From Octopus vulgaris (taxonomy: Eukaryota), in contig OX597814.1 in the NCBI GenBank assembly GCA_951406725.2, positions 161,138,001 to 161,202,000 on the forward strand: DNA of 64,000 nucleotides, given 5' to 3'. Below the pieces are notes generated by a model. It was given only the letters and a program-made list of their open reading frames with translations. It ran no database searches and was not told where the DNA came from. The position numbers and the translations under genes are program-made. This document shows, piece by piece, positions 13,354-25,877 of this stretch (position 1 is its first letter; every line of letters begins with the position of its first letter).

Positions 13354-15054
13354 ATTTAGTCACTTCTGTTTTGTCCAGGTTTACTTGATGCTGTTGTTAA
13401 ATTCCTGGTCAGTCTTAATAGAGCAGACCTATGATCTAAACATTCAAGACATGATCTATTGTTTGGAATAGAATATCCTGGACTACAGTACACAAAGTGC
13501 CCTTTAAAAAAAAGGCTTGAGTGTGATTTGAAGACAATTTGGTATTTTTCTAGCAGATTGAAAACCCCATAATGACCAAAAGCATTCATGCCATAGCCTT
13601 CATGTTTTTGTTCAATGAGTATCCTTCAGGTTATATCCTCCTCCTGGGATCAGTTTGCTTGACTAAAGGCGGTGCTCCAGTATGGCCACAGACAAATGAC
13701 TGAAACAAGTAAAAGAAAGAATAAAAGAAAACTAATGACAAAGGCTTCTGTGTAGTTACTTGATATACAAGAAATAGCACCCAAATCTCTCTCAAATTCT
13801 AATCCTATAATCTTTAAAAAGAAAAAGACATTTTGTGAATAAAGGAAGTGGGGCATAAAATTGAATTCAGTTACAGATATGCTACATGAAATAAAAATGA
13901 GATTGTTATGGCTGAGGTGTCTTTTGATTTATAATTATACTCATAAACATGACATCTGTAAGATTTTGACTATAATTTTACTTATAAGAGATAAATCTCT
14001 TTGATGATTTAAACCAAAAATAGCAGTTGTTACCCTATGTAAGACTATTTTTAGATCAGACAAAGCATTACGTTAGATAAACTGTTTAATTAAAGTATTT
14101 GATTAAATAGATCAGTTTAGAAGATGACATAACAGGAATTTTTAAATAAGTTACTATCAAAGATTTTCAGCTAGACTTTGTCCTCAATTTTCCATTCATC
14201 TGATACTTGCTGAAAATCATTATTGGATCAAATTCTCTTATCATATGGATTGCAGTGTAACTAATAATCTTTCAGATCTTTATTTTGAAAAAAAAACTAT
14301 GAATACGTTGTGTGCCAACCTAGTTCTCCTATTTGAGGCAAGAACTTGCCTACATTTCTCATTTATTTGTGCTGTTACCTGACATTATGGTGACTGCAGA
14401 CAAGACTTGTAAGAAAGTGTGATCACTGAATGTTTATTTAACACTTGGCCTCTTTAACACACAGCAAATGTTAATGTGTTAACATGACAAAACTGTTCTA
14501 AGCAAAAATAACTTTTTTTTGGTTGGATCACGTTTTAGTAATTATTAGTGGTTTAAATAAGCATGATCCAATTCACTGAATAGTCTATTTGTTTGGTGAC
14601 ATATATTGTTGAAAGACTATGTGTCCATATTTTAGTATGTGTGTGTATGTGTGTGTAATGATTGATTTGAAGGTGGGAAAACATATAGGATGAAAGATAT
14701 AAAGATACACACAGAAATTTTATGCTGTGCTTCTGTGTGAGTGTGTGGGTGAATTGGCTCATTGACATAAAAGGAAAAGAAAGCTGTATGATTAAAGATG
14801 TGTATTTATGTGTGAGTATTTGAAATGATTAATTGAATGCTTGCACCAGTTGCACACAGTACGTGTCTAATGCTTTGAAAGACATATATCTGAATGATGT
14901 TCTTATGTATGAGAGGCTAAGAGGTACTGGAAAACCTCAAAAATACTTGACAGCTCTTCGTAATCAGTGCTCTACCACTTAATTGTTCTCTTGATTTCTA
15001 TCTATCTTGCTATTGGTAGATCAGGATATATGTATATCTATATATATATATATG

Positions 15055-15119
<65 letters not shown>

Positions 15120-15312
15120 TTATATATATATATAGTCCAACCCATGCTAGCATGGAAAACGGACGCTAAACGATGATGATGATGATGATAGTTAATCCAA
15201 ACAAGAAAACACAGAAAAAAACACAGCAACGCGAGGACGTGGAACAATTAAAGTATTATTTGATATACATATATATATATCTATGTATACATACATATAT
15301 ATATATATATAT

Positions 15313-15525
15313 CTTACTCTTTTACTCTTTTACTTGTTTCAGTCATTTGACTGTGGCCATGCTGGAGCACCACTTTTAGTCGAACAAATCGACCCCGGGA
15401 CTTATTCTTTGTAAGCCCAGTACTTATTCTATTGGTCTCTTTTGCCGAACCGCTAAGTGACGGTGACGTAAACACACCAGCATTGGTTGTCAAGCAATGC
15501 TAGGGGGACAAACACAGACACACAA

Positions 15526-15570
<45 letters not shown>

Positions 15571-15732
15571 CATATATACGACAGGCTTCTTTCAGTTTCC
15601 GTCTACCAAATTCACTCACAAGGCATTGGTCGGCCCGGGGCTATAGTAGAAGACACTTGCTCAAGATGCCACGCAGTGGGACTGAACCCGGAACCATGTG
15701 GTTGGTAAGCAAGCTACTTACCACACAGCCAC
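15313..15732 (-). mobile_element. SINE-A full-length young copy
   Basis: tRNA-like head (tggctgtgtggtaagtagc..ggttcagtccc), internal (TA)/(TG) microsatellite, tail ...gactgaaacaagtaaaagagtaaaagag. Confidence 0.85.
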
Positions 15733-15751
15733 ATATAAAAATATACATATA

Positions 15752-16579
15752 CTAGCAGCATAGCCCCGCGTTGCCTGGGTATGTAAGAGCCCCTAGAGGC
15801 AACGACCAATCCCAATCTAGTCCTTTCCCTCTAGGGAACGAAGGCGCATGTGTAGGTTGCAATGTCTTCTCTTCACTCGAATACTTCTGTGTATACGATG
15901 TTCCTAGCTGTCCCTTTGGGCGAAAAGATGAAAACACCATTGCGCCTCCCAAGAGAGTTAAAAAGGTCGAGTTGCGTCCCCTAGACAGTCTGTGGTTTGT
16001 GTTTAATACACAAATCGGTTTGCTATGTGTGCCACATATGATTTAATTAACCGATTTTTTCCAGTAATAAAGTATTCTATTGGAATAAAAAGGGCCATAT
16101 AGCTCCTTGGAGCAGACATGATGCTCGCTATGAATTTAAAAAAAAATTCCTGCCAATTTGTGAAAGATATTGTCGAAAATACGTCATCTTGAATTTGAAT
16201 GTGATTTCCCAAAATGGCATGATTTTATCGATTTTTTCTGATGGTAAGGTATTGCATGGAAAACTAACGTCAGAATTAAGTGTCTTAGGGTAACATTAAA
16301 CTTCACCATGAGTTTGGTGAAAATCGATTGCAAGTTGCGAAAACTACAACAGAAAATGTGTTGCATATAAGAAGCTTAGATTCTCGACCCCATGTCGAAT
16401 TTATCAATTTTTCAGAACTGGGGGAACTTTTCAAAATTTTCGCTGCGTTAGTTTTGAATTATGACATTGGGCTATGTGTGTGTCAAGTTTCATCAGAATG
16501 GGTTGAAAGCCGTGGTCAGGGTGAGGGTACAACCTGACAGACACACAGACAGACAAACTGCCGTTTATATATAGAGAGA
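15752..16579 (-). mobile_element. Non-autonomous Helitron (long copy)
   Basis: A|TC 5' end; 3' hairpin cccaggcaacgcgggg then CTAG|T; 5' ~190 bp nearly identical to 5995-6195. Confidence 0.8.
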
Positions 16580-16609
16580 TATAGATATATATACACATGC
16601 ATGTATATA

Positions 16610-17860
16610 CTGAGTCATCCCATAAATAATGTGTTTTTTTTATAGTTCTTTTATTTTTAAAATTAAGATAAAATTTCTTTTTTAATCTAAAATATACTCT
16701 CCTTCATTTTCTACAATGCTCTTCCATCCATCTACCTGGTAGACTTGCATTGCACCTCTTCCAAAATTCACTTGTCCATGATGAAAAATACTCCTCCAGT
16801 ACTGTTCTGACCTCTACAGAATTCATATTTTTTCTGTCCAGATGATTTTGAAAACTGCAGAATAAATGATAATCAGATGGGGCACTGTCTGGCAAATATG
16901 GTGGCGGGTGGGGGTTTGGGGCATCGTTTCCCATTCAAACTGCTCCAGCCTTTCGAATGTCATCTCGCTGTATGTGGCTGAACATTATCCTGTTGGAAGA
17001 ACACCTTTCGTCTTGAAACCAAAGATGGTCATTTTTACTTCCAGCACTGACTTAATCCGCTCAAGCTGCTCACAGCAGATCTCCTTTGTTATTGTTTTTG
17101 GTTTGGGTTTAAAAGTTCAAAGTGGACTAAACCTTTCATATCCTACCAAATAGATAACAATACCTTCCATGGGTGAAGACCTTCTTTAGCCTGGGGTGCC
17201 AGTGTTTCTCCTTTCCCTACCCACTGTTTTTGGTGCTTGACATTTTTATAGAGAACCCATTTCTCATCACCAGTCACTATTCGGTCCAAAAAAGGTGACA
17301 GCAAAGAAGAGCACACATTCACTTTCTGTGCACGATTAGACTTGGAAAGTTTGTGAGGAATCCATTGACCTAATTTGCTGACTTTCCTGATGGCACACAG
17401 GTGTTGATGTATGGTTGAATGACCAAATCCAAGCTTCCCTGCTAGTTCCCAGCAGGGTTTGCAGGACATCCTCATCAAGCTCTACAGATCTTTCAGGATG
17501 AGGCTCATCTTCTAGGCTGTAGTTTCCGGCTCGGAATTTCTGGAACCACTGATGACATTGGCTAACACTTATTATCTGATACCCATATACTGCATACCTT
17601 GCACTTTCCATTGCGTTGTTGCCTTTATTGAACTCATAAAGCAAAATATGCCAAATATGCTCCTTTGCTACTTCCACTACAGCTTTGAAAAAAATAACTA
17701 TTAAAATCAAACTGCACTCTTCAAAACAGGCACTAAGAATAAGGACAAGGTAAAATTACTACTTCCTATTATAGCAAGTTGATGCAGGTAGTTTATCCCA
17801 TCTTCCTTCGACTTTAGTTCATGCAATTGTAAAAACTGCATTATTTATGGGATGACTTGA
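16610..17860 (-). mobile_element. Full-length mariner (DD34D-type) DNA transposon, ~1.25 kb
   Basis: TA|ctgagtcatcccataaataatgtgttttt ... aaaaactgcattatttatgggatgacttga|TA imperfect TIRs with TA TSD. Confidence 0.92.
16682..17677 (-). pseudogene. Mariner transposase pseudogene (frameshifted)
   Basis: ORF pieces HILLYEFNKG..WFQKFRAG..LEDEP (HTH), WIPHKL, IVTGDEKW, QDNVQPH, HPPPYLPDSAPSDYHLF, ending VENEGEYILD*; start codon appears as GTG. Confidence 0.92.
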
Positions 17861-17921
17861 TATATGCATATACTGTGTGTATAAATATACATCTATGTAT
17901 ACACACACATACACATACACA

Positions 17922-17955
<34 letters not shown>

Positions 17956-18651
17956 TTAAGATTTTTTATATCAAAAGAAAATTGAGAAATTAAATTTGTA
18001 GTTGGTATTACCCCAGTAACAAGATTTATTCATTTTTTTTTAACGACAATAATAAATTTCACATTTCTTCTCAGGCATATTAATCACAAATATTTTTAAA
18101 TCCAGAAATTGTTTAAAACTCCCTTCCTTTCAATTTAATCTTCGAAATTGCACATAAATTTTTGGTGAACAGAAATAAAGACAGGAAAGAAATGTCACAG
18201 AAAGAAAGCCACAGGGAAAATGTATCGCATTTAAATGCTATAATAATGAATAGTTACAACAATTAAACAAGTTGTTTATTTACATGACTTATTTATATAT
18301 ATGACTTGTATATAATGACACCACAGTTTATATGTATAATGTCACATTTATGTGTAAAACTATGAAAGCCAAAAATTCAATTACAAATCTATGATATTTT
18401 CTCCTTGAATTCAAATTGTCAGCGAGGTTCAAATATGGGATTGGGAAGGTTACAGTGATACATTTTCATTAGTTCAAGCAGGATTGCCAGATTAGGTTAC
18501 AAGTTAGTTTTCAGGACTGCATGAAACTATATTTTTTTTCATTTGGGCTACATACTATTTGAAAATTGTAATTTTTGAAAGTAAGAATCCTAATAAATAT
18601 CATATAAATTATCTGGAATTAACTTCCAAGCAATTTGTATGTGTGTGTATG

Positions 18652-18705
<54 letters not shown>

Positions 18706-18905
18706 GTTTGTTTATTTTAGTAGTTTTGACTTTAAGAGTCCCTCCTAATGTATGGCATTTATGTGTAATAATGCCCTCTATATAATATAAATATATTTAA
18801 GTGAAAAAAATTGGTGGATTTTTTCTCTTATGAGGTTTTTCACGCTGACTACTTGATAAATTCTTATGAAGATTTTATCCTATTTTAAAATTATATATAT
18901 ATATA

Positions 18906-19103
18906 TCATCATCATCATCATCATCGTCGTTTAACGTCCGTTCTCCATGCTAGCATGGGTTGGACGGTTCGACCGGGGTTCTGGGAAGCCAGAAGGCTGC
19001 ACCAGGCTCCAGTCTAAATTTGGCAATGTTTCTACAGCTGGATGCCCTTCCTAACGCCAACCACTCCGTGAGTGTAGTGGGTGCTTTTTACGTGCCACCT
19101 GCA
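18906..19103 (-). mobile_element. LINE-R 3' tail, young copy inserted in (TA)n
   Basis: (CAT)n cgtttaacgtccg..ccatgctagcatgggttggacg..ctggatgcccttcctaacgccaaccactcc. Confidence 0.8.
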
Positions 19104-19310
19104 CATATATATATATATATATATATACATACATGCACACGCACACATATACACATGTACACATACATACATACATACATACATACATATGTAATGGTAA
19201 ATTGGTAAATTTACAACTCATGTAGGTATGATATTTTGTAACCTGAAGTAGCATTGTGGATCACTGTATGTATGTATGTATGTATGTATGTATGTATGTA
19301 TGTATGAACG

Positions 19311-19344
<34 letters not shown>

Positions 19345-20264
19345 TGTATGTATGTATGTGTGTGTGTATGTATGTATACACACACATTATGGATATATAT
19401 ATATAATATAAGGGAGTGTGTTGTGGTAATTTTCTTGTTAGAATTCAAGTGTCCTGAAATTAAACTTCTTTGTAAATTGAAATAAATTATTGGTTAATAG
19501 TTTGCACCTATCTTGTTACCAATGAACACATTTATAGGAATGTTCACTTCCCAATGTATTTTATGGAATATCTAACATCACATACATATTTTCCTTGTCA
19601 TAGTCTTCTCATAAAGTTGAAATATTCTACATTCATCATTTATTGAGAGAAAAACTTGTTTCAAAACTAAATATAACTTCTTTTCAGTTGCTATCTGCTC
19701 TGACTACACATTACAGATATCATATCAATGAGCTCTAAAAAATTTTTGTTGGAATGATATTTTCTAAATAACATTATAGAATATTATATACAGTTAAGTC
19801 ACATAATTTTGTCTTTCATTTCTAAAAAACAATATTTAATTTAGAGACCAGAATGCTGTGACTAATTTAAAAAAATTTTTTTAATAAAATGTTATTATCA
19901 TAGTTGGAGTTTTTTAAAGGTTATCCTGAAATTACCTTACAATAAGTATGCCTATATTCTTCAAACCATGAGCATATTCTGGAAAATATAGCTACATGAA
20001 TGCCTGAGTTTGCACTTTATTGATTTAAAGTCCATATCCTCATTTCTAAGTGGTATATATCTAATTTTATTACTTTTTTAATGTGAATCTTTAACAATTC
20101 TTACCATTTTTGTTTTTATATCAGATTGGATTTTTATTACAGAAGAATATCTTTCAGTAGCTAAAACAGTTATATCCATTATGATTCTTTTTCTATCTCT
20201 CATTGATGTGAGTTGGTGTTTTCTTCAATTCCTGATATTATATCCCACACTAAGAGACAAAGAC

Positions 20265-20636
20265 TTCATTGCAAAGTTTTGTCTAGCGAATGTTTCAAAA
20301 AAAGATGGGTGAATGTAGCAAGGATGGCATGTATGAATGAGAGTTACTTACTTGCAAATAAATGTGTTAACATGTGACATTATTGATTGAGGTTACCGTG
20401 GTCTTTTCCATTGGCTTTTCTTTCCACAGATAAACCTTATCCACTTCCCCCTTTACACTTTACATCATGACACTTCTGTGATACACAATCCCTATTGATC
20501 GTTTTTTTTCTTTCCTCTTTCTGATCCCTTTTGATCAAAAACCTACCCCACTTTTTTTTTCTCCCCAAAAAGAAAAGCTCTACTTTGTAATTTGTCCCGT
20601 CTGGGTTCAGCCATGTGTGACTAATAAAGAAACATA
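20265..20636 (+). mobile_element. Probable LINE 3' end (ORF2 remnant plus pyrimidine-rich 3' UTR), clade uncertain (L1/Tx1-like?)
   Basis: Short remnant VLSSECFKKRWVNVARMACMNES, then a CT-rich UTR ending tgtcccgtctgggttcagccatgtgtgactAATAAAgaaac. Confidence 0.5.
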
Positions 20637-21160
20637 TTTATCTCAAATATCACCTAATGGTTTTATATACAAAGATAGATAATGCATTTTTAATAGTTTG
20701 TCAGAAGAGGAGGGGTGGTACCTATCACCTTTGCAAGCAACTCCTATAATAGTGAGATTGATGGAAATGATGTTTAATTTGAGCATCTGTGTGTGTGTGG
20801 GAGGAGGGGGGAGAATGTATTTAAAGAAGGAATAGGATACAAGTTTGAGAAAGAAGTATTGAGAGAAAGTTTTCAGTGAGGAATCTGTGAGGAGACTTCT
20901 CAGTAGAGATGGGTGTTAGGTGGGCTTGAGTGGCAAGGCATTCAACTGGCAAAGAGTGTTGTTGTGGTGGTGATGGCAGCAGCAGCAGTGGCAGTGCTGA
21001 TGACAACGACAACAAAGGGAAGACATAACATCTATTGTACTGATTGTAGCATGTTGATGAGTGAATCTCTTCCAGTCAACTAGTTGTTCCAAGATGTTTG
21101 TAGGTTTAGAATCAGTGCTGTGTCAGATATATAAAAAGTACTTCTGCATATTGTACTCGA

Positions 21161-21574
21161 ACCAATTCTACTATATGGCTCAGAAACCTGGACATTATCA
21201 AAGAAGCTTGAGAGGCGGTTGGATGGAACTTACACTCGCCTCCTTATGAGAGCTCAAAATCTCTCGTGGAAGCCTCATCCAACCAAAGTACAAATATATG
21301 GGAAACTACCACCTGTATCATCTCTTGTGAAAGGTAGAAGAGTCCAGTTTGCTGGACATTGTTGTAGAGCTGAAAACGAGGTAATTTCTACTCTTCTCCT
21401 CTGGAAGCCATCTGCTTACGATACCAGAGGGCACACACTCTCCTACCCTGATGTAATCTCCAGGGATACAGGCATCCAGCAACAGGACCTCCGTAATGCT
21501 ATGATGGACCGTGAAGTCTGGCGTAACATAGTAAATTCCATTCTCTCAACCACAGTTGAACAATGATGATGATG
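21161..21574 (+). mobile_element. 5'-truncated RTE-type LINE insertion with intact C-terminal frame
   Basis: EPILLYGSETWTLSKKLERRLDGTYTRLLMRAQNLSW..FAGHCCR..LLLWKP..DREVWR*, (GAT)n tail, 13-bp TSD atattgtactcga at 21148-21160 and 21575-21587. Confidence 0.9.
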
Positions 21575-21639
21575 ATATTGTACTCGACCTTTGTAGAGGT
21601 CTTAGCAACTAATCAAGGATGAAGTATTTTCTGGCCTTG

Positions 21640-22385
21640 AATATGAAACCTAGTCTTTTGGTGCAGATTAGCAATATCATATGCAGACACATCTGATAAA
21701 ACTCCAATAAAAATCGAAAATCAATTAAGGCTGCTTATCATTTTTCCACTCTATGGAGAAATAGTTTAATTTGCCATACTTCTGTATCTACTACATAGAT
21801 TTACATATATTATATCATTCCTTGATACTGTGTGGACTGGGATCCCTGTTAAGTGGCTGCTCATATTCAATAATGTGTGAAGGCATGCGACTTAGTGGTT
21901 AAGGTATTTTGCTAACGATCATAAGGTTATGAGTTCAATTTCCAGTGGAGCGTTGTGTCCTTGAGCAAGACTTTTTATTTCATGTTGCTCCAGGCCACTC
22001 AACTGGCAAAAATAAGTAGTACCTATATTTCAAAAGGCCAGCCTTGTCACATTCTGTGTCATGCTGAATCTTCCTGAGAACTACATAAAGGGTATGCATA
22101 TCTGTGGAGTGCTCAGCCACTTACACTTTAATTTCATGAGCAGGTTGTTCCATTGATCTGATGAACTGAAACCCTTGTCATTGTAACTGACTGAGTGCTA
22201 GATAGTTAAACACTTGTTTCTCTGGGATTGGTGAAATGATGTAGATGCCTCTGATGAAAGCTCAATAAGATTTGAGAATCAATTCAGGCAGTTCATAATT
22301 TTTTTCTAGTCTACAGAAAAATTGTTAAATTTGCCCATGTTTTGTATATGTCTGCTATATTACATATATGTGATATCATTATGTG
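21640..22385 (+). repeat. Two diverged direct copies of a unit bearing a decayed hammerhead-like core, separated by a SINE
   Basis: 21681-21820 aligns by eye to 22239-22380; cores CTGATAA..GAAA..TTA aggc and tgcct CTGATGA..GAGA..TTC aggca. Confidence 0.55.
21878..22198 (+). mobile_element. tRNA-derived SINE-C group, long-tail variant
   Basis: cttagtggttaagg..gagttcaattt head; cttgagcaaga..ccactcaactggcaaaaa core; tail shared with 46860-47182 and 60240-60545. Confidence 0.8.
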
Positions 22386-22461
22386 GAATAAGAGATTGCA
22401 AGGATTAGCATTTCTAATGAGTTTGAGAATTTTAATTTTGAATTGTTACTGTTTCCTTTAT

Positions 22462-22913
22462 AGGCACTGCTGTGTGGTTAAAAGGTTTGCTTTGCAACCA
22501 TGCAGTTTTGTGTCCAGTTCTACTATGTTGTGTCTTGAGCAAGTGTCTTCTACTATATTCCCAGGCTAATTAATGTCTTGTGAATGAATTTGGTAGATGG
22601 AAACTGTGTGGAATCCCATGTGTGTCTCTCTCTTCCCCTTCTCTCTCTACATGTATATTATAGGTTTATGTGAGTATGTGTATCTCTTTGTGTCTGTTTT
22701 TGTCAACTTCCCACCCCTGCTTGACAACCAATGTTGGTTTGCTTACATCCCTGTAAATTAGTCACTTGCTAAAAGAGACCAAAAAGAGATCAATGGAATA
22801 AGTACCAAACTTTAAACAAAAAAGTACTGGGGTTGATTATTCAGCTAAAACCCTCCAGAGTAGTGCTCTAATATGGCTGCACTCCAATGACTGAAACAAG
22901 TAAACGATAAAAG
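22462..22913 (+). mobile_element. SINE-A copy (diverged)
   Basis: Head, internal microsatellite and tgactgaaacaagtaaa tail as in other copies. Confidence 0.75.
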
Positions 22914-23029
22914 ATGTGTAGCAATTGTCTTAATCCTACAGGAAGATATTTTATAAATCTCTGTTCAAGGAAATTTGGTGTGATGTGTCTAGGTTATGAG
23001 AGCAGAAGATTAAGTCTCAAAGTCCTTTA

Positions 23030-23480
23030 AAGATGAGATCATCTACAAGGAATGTGTTATTAGAAGCGTCATTGAGAAAGAATGGGAAGAAATGTATGCG
23101 AGAAATAACTGACCCCTTGTAGTTCTGAGTTAGTAAAATGCAAGTCAAAAAAAGAGTCCTATTAGCATGCACTTTAACAAAGTTGTCTGATAGGAAACTT
23201 TTGATCCAATAGATCAGAGAATATGGAGCTCCGGAGCAGGTAACTTACTTTGGACATTCTCATACTTGATAAGGTTGAAAGTTTTTACACATGTTAAAAG
23301 TAAAAACATTGCTTTTGCTGAACTTCTCAAGGATGGAGTGTGACGAAGGAGAAGTACATCTGACACTTTGGGAAATATTCTAGAGATCAAAGAAAGCAGA
23401 AAGACTCAAGAGGTGATAATGAAGGTTAGGTGTCTCTTCCAAAGCAGCAGTCTTAATACTGGATTTAGTGAAGTTTCTTG
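23030..23480 (-). mobile_element. Ancient CR1/L2-type reverse transcriptase fragment
   Basis: Minus strand WIKSFLSDNFVKVHAN...KGSVISRIHFFPFFLND..NTFLVDDL, a decayed version of WI.SFLS.R ... QGSVLSP.LF..FIND ... FADD. Confidence 0.6.
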
Positions 23481-24835
23481 AATGACAAGCGATCTAGATG
23501 GGATATCAATTTATTTGCATGTTACATTCCCAAATCTAATACTTTTGATAAGTAGATCGACAGATGTATATATAACTGTATTATGCACAGAGACATGACT
23601 AAGTCCCAGTAGGTATGAACTTAAGTTACATGAACGGGCAGGATTCATTCAGCCATATTACATTTATATGTATGGGCCACTGAGGGAGCTTCTGTATAGT
23701 TACTCAATGACAACCGAATCTCCTTAGATCTATTACAATTTTTACTCTTAACCTCTCCAAAGCACTTTCATAAGTTTGTTCTAAGTGTCTGTGCTTGTTT
23801 TCAGACTAAGTTAGCCCTTGTTTCATATGTTCTGAGTAATATAAACTTTCATAATTCCTATGTTACTCAGTGGGGTGGTGATTGAAAAAAAATTGGGAAT
23901 GTGTATTATATATGAAGCATGGGTGTCAGGGAAATATGTCTGTGTATCACAGATGATGCACAGGATAGGCAAAGAGTTAAATAAGTCAAGGATACAGTAT
24001 TTTAGTACTAGACACCTCTAGGTATCAGCTAGAATATCTTTGATTATAGGTCTGCTAGATCTGGGTTACCCTGTCAGCCAAACAACTTCATTAAAAAAAA
24101 AAACTGCATTCAATAAATTTATTCTGATTTATTTTATTATTTGATTAAAAATACTTATAGTTTTCAGAGAATGGGTTAATGGGTGAGTCAGAGGTTATGG
24201 ATAGGGTCAAGGTTAATAAAGCTAAATAAAAAGAATTTCTTGGTATTCATAGAAATGCTTGTGGATGAACAAACATAACCAATGCTATTGATAACTAGAG
24301 TTTCTCTATTTACTTTAGTTATTAATCCTCCTTATATATAACCTTTCTTAAAATATCTTCAGTAAATCCACATGCAGCCTCCCTACTTCCTGTTTGTATT
24401 GAACCATATCACTTTCCTACTCTCTTTCTTTCTTTTCTTTTCTTTCTCTCTCTTATTAATTATCAAGGAAACACTTCTATAATTTCACAGCTGAAATTAC
24501 TGAACTATATAAATGTTCATAACTCAAGTTTCAACCCGATTCTTGTAGTGTAGTTTTGAATCTCCCTCAATGTGTCAATATTTCTTTCAACTTTTGTTGC
24601 ATTGTTATTCTACTATGACAGAATGTCTCAGTTCAGTGTAAGGATTTTTATTACCAGGTTACATCAGTTATAGGAAGGATGTAAGTTGGTTGTTGTTGTT
24701 ATTGTTGTTGTTGCTGTTTAACCCTAGGTTTGCCTTGATCAATATGACCTGTAATTAGTAGCATTTCAGTTGTGATCATCTTGTCTTATTTTCAGTCAAA
24801 ATATATCTATGACTAAATTAATCTGTGTCCTTGTT

Positions 24836-25062
24836 TAATCCTTTTGATATAAATCTTGAGACTGCTCCTGGTACTGTGATTATAAATGTTTCCATTTTAA
24901 AATGATCTAAATTAAAGCCTTCCATTAGAATTGCATGTTAATTTATGTTCCAGCCACCAGCTTAATTATGACAAAAGTTATTTTACTAAACTATTCATTA
25001 TTTTCAAAATTTTGCAAAACAAAGATAGTTTATTTAAACAGAAGTACGGTAGCAAAAGGGTG
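24836..25062. mobile_element. Diverged piggyBac-type MITE (family 1-related, reverse orientation) inserted in an (AAC)n-tailed repeat
   Basis: ttaatccttttgata ... ggtagcaaaaggg; interior is the reverse complement of 3770-3998. Confidence 0.6.
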
Positions 25063-25424
25063 ATAACAATTTGAGTGTAATTTGGCTGCTATTTCTTAGA
25101 GGTCAAGTAGCTATTTATAGGCCTCCCTCTAAGTAGTCAATGAAGGTGGTTGTAAATACAGCTCATATCTGCAGGACTATTTTCTCATGACTACTTTTGA
25201 TTGTCATTAATTTGTGTCCTTAAAAATTAGGTCATTTTTTTTTGTATAGTTTCCCATCATAAATGAAGAGCAGATTATCATTATTAACATTGACATGTTG
25301 CTGAAGACTCATCTATTTTCTAGTGGTCCTGCTGCCTGCTCTTGCCTGTAAATAGTTAACCCAAGTGATATTCATTTATAGTTAAGTGGCTTGGGCCATT
25401 GAGGAAGTATGTAAAAAATATATT

Positions 25425-25643
25425 CTTTTCTAATCTAGGGACAAGGCCTGAAATTTTTGGGTGAGTGGGGAGGGGGCAGTCATTAGATCGACCCCATTAT
25501 GCAACTGGTACTTAATTTATCAACCCGAAAGGATGAAAGGCAAAGCCAACTTCAGTGGAATTTGAACTCAAAATGTAAAGACAGATGAAATACTGCTAAG
25601 CATTTTGGCTGGCATGCTGACGTTTCCGCCAGCTCACTGCCTT
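25425..25643 (-). mobile_element. SINE-B copy
   Basis: Core gcaactggtacttaatttatcaacccgaaaggatgaaaggcaaag; TSD tatg(t/c)aaa(a/g)aatatatt. Confidence 0.8.
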
Positions 25644-25877
25644 ATGCAAAGAATATATTGCAATACTTAACATAGTGACAAGTTATGAAACATTTACTGT
25701 TGTTTAATTCCAGGTCAGACTTGATTGAGCAAAATGATTTCAGTCATGGCCATTCCTGTCTTTCACGAGTGTGCTATCTTGAAGTACAGTTTTTAAAACG
25801 GCATTTCTTTTTAAGATGATAGGGTGTGATTTGAGGGAGATTTCATGCTGATCAACTTTTAATTAGTAGATACTGTA

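Noticed and set aside
24170-24216. Telomere-like ggtta/taggg run
   Set aside because: Too short and degenerate to call an interstitial telomeric repeat.
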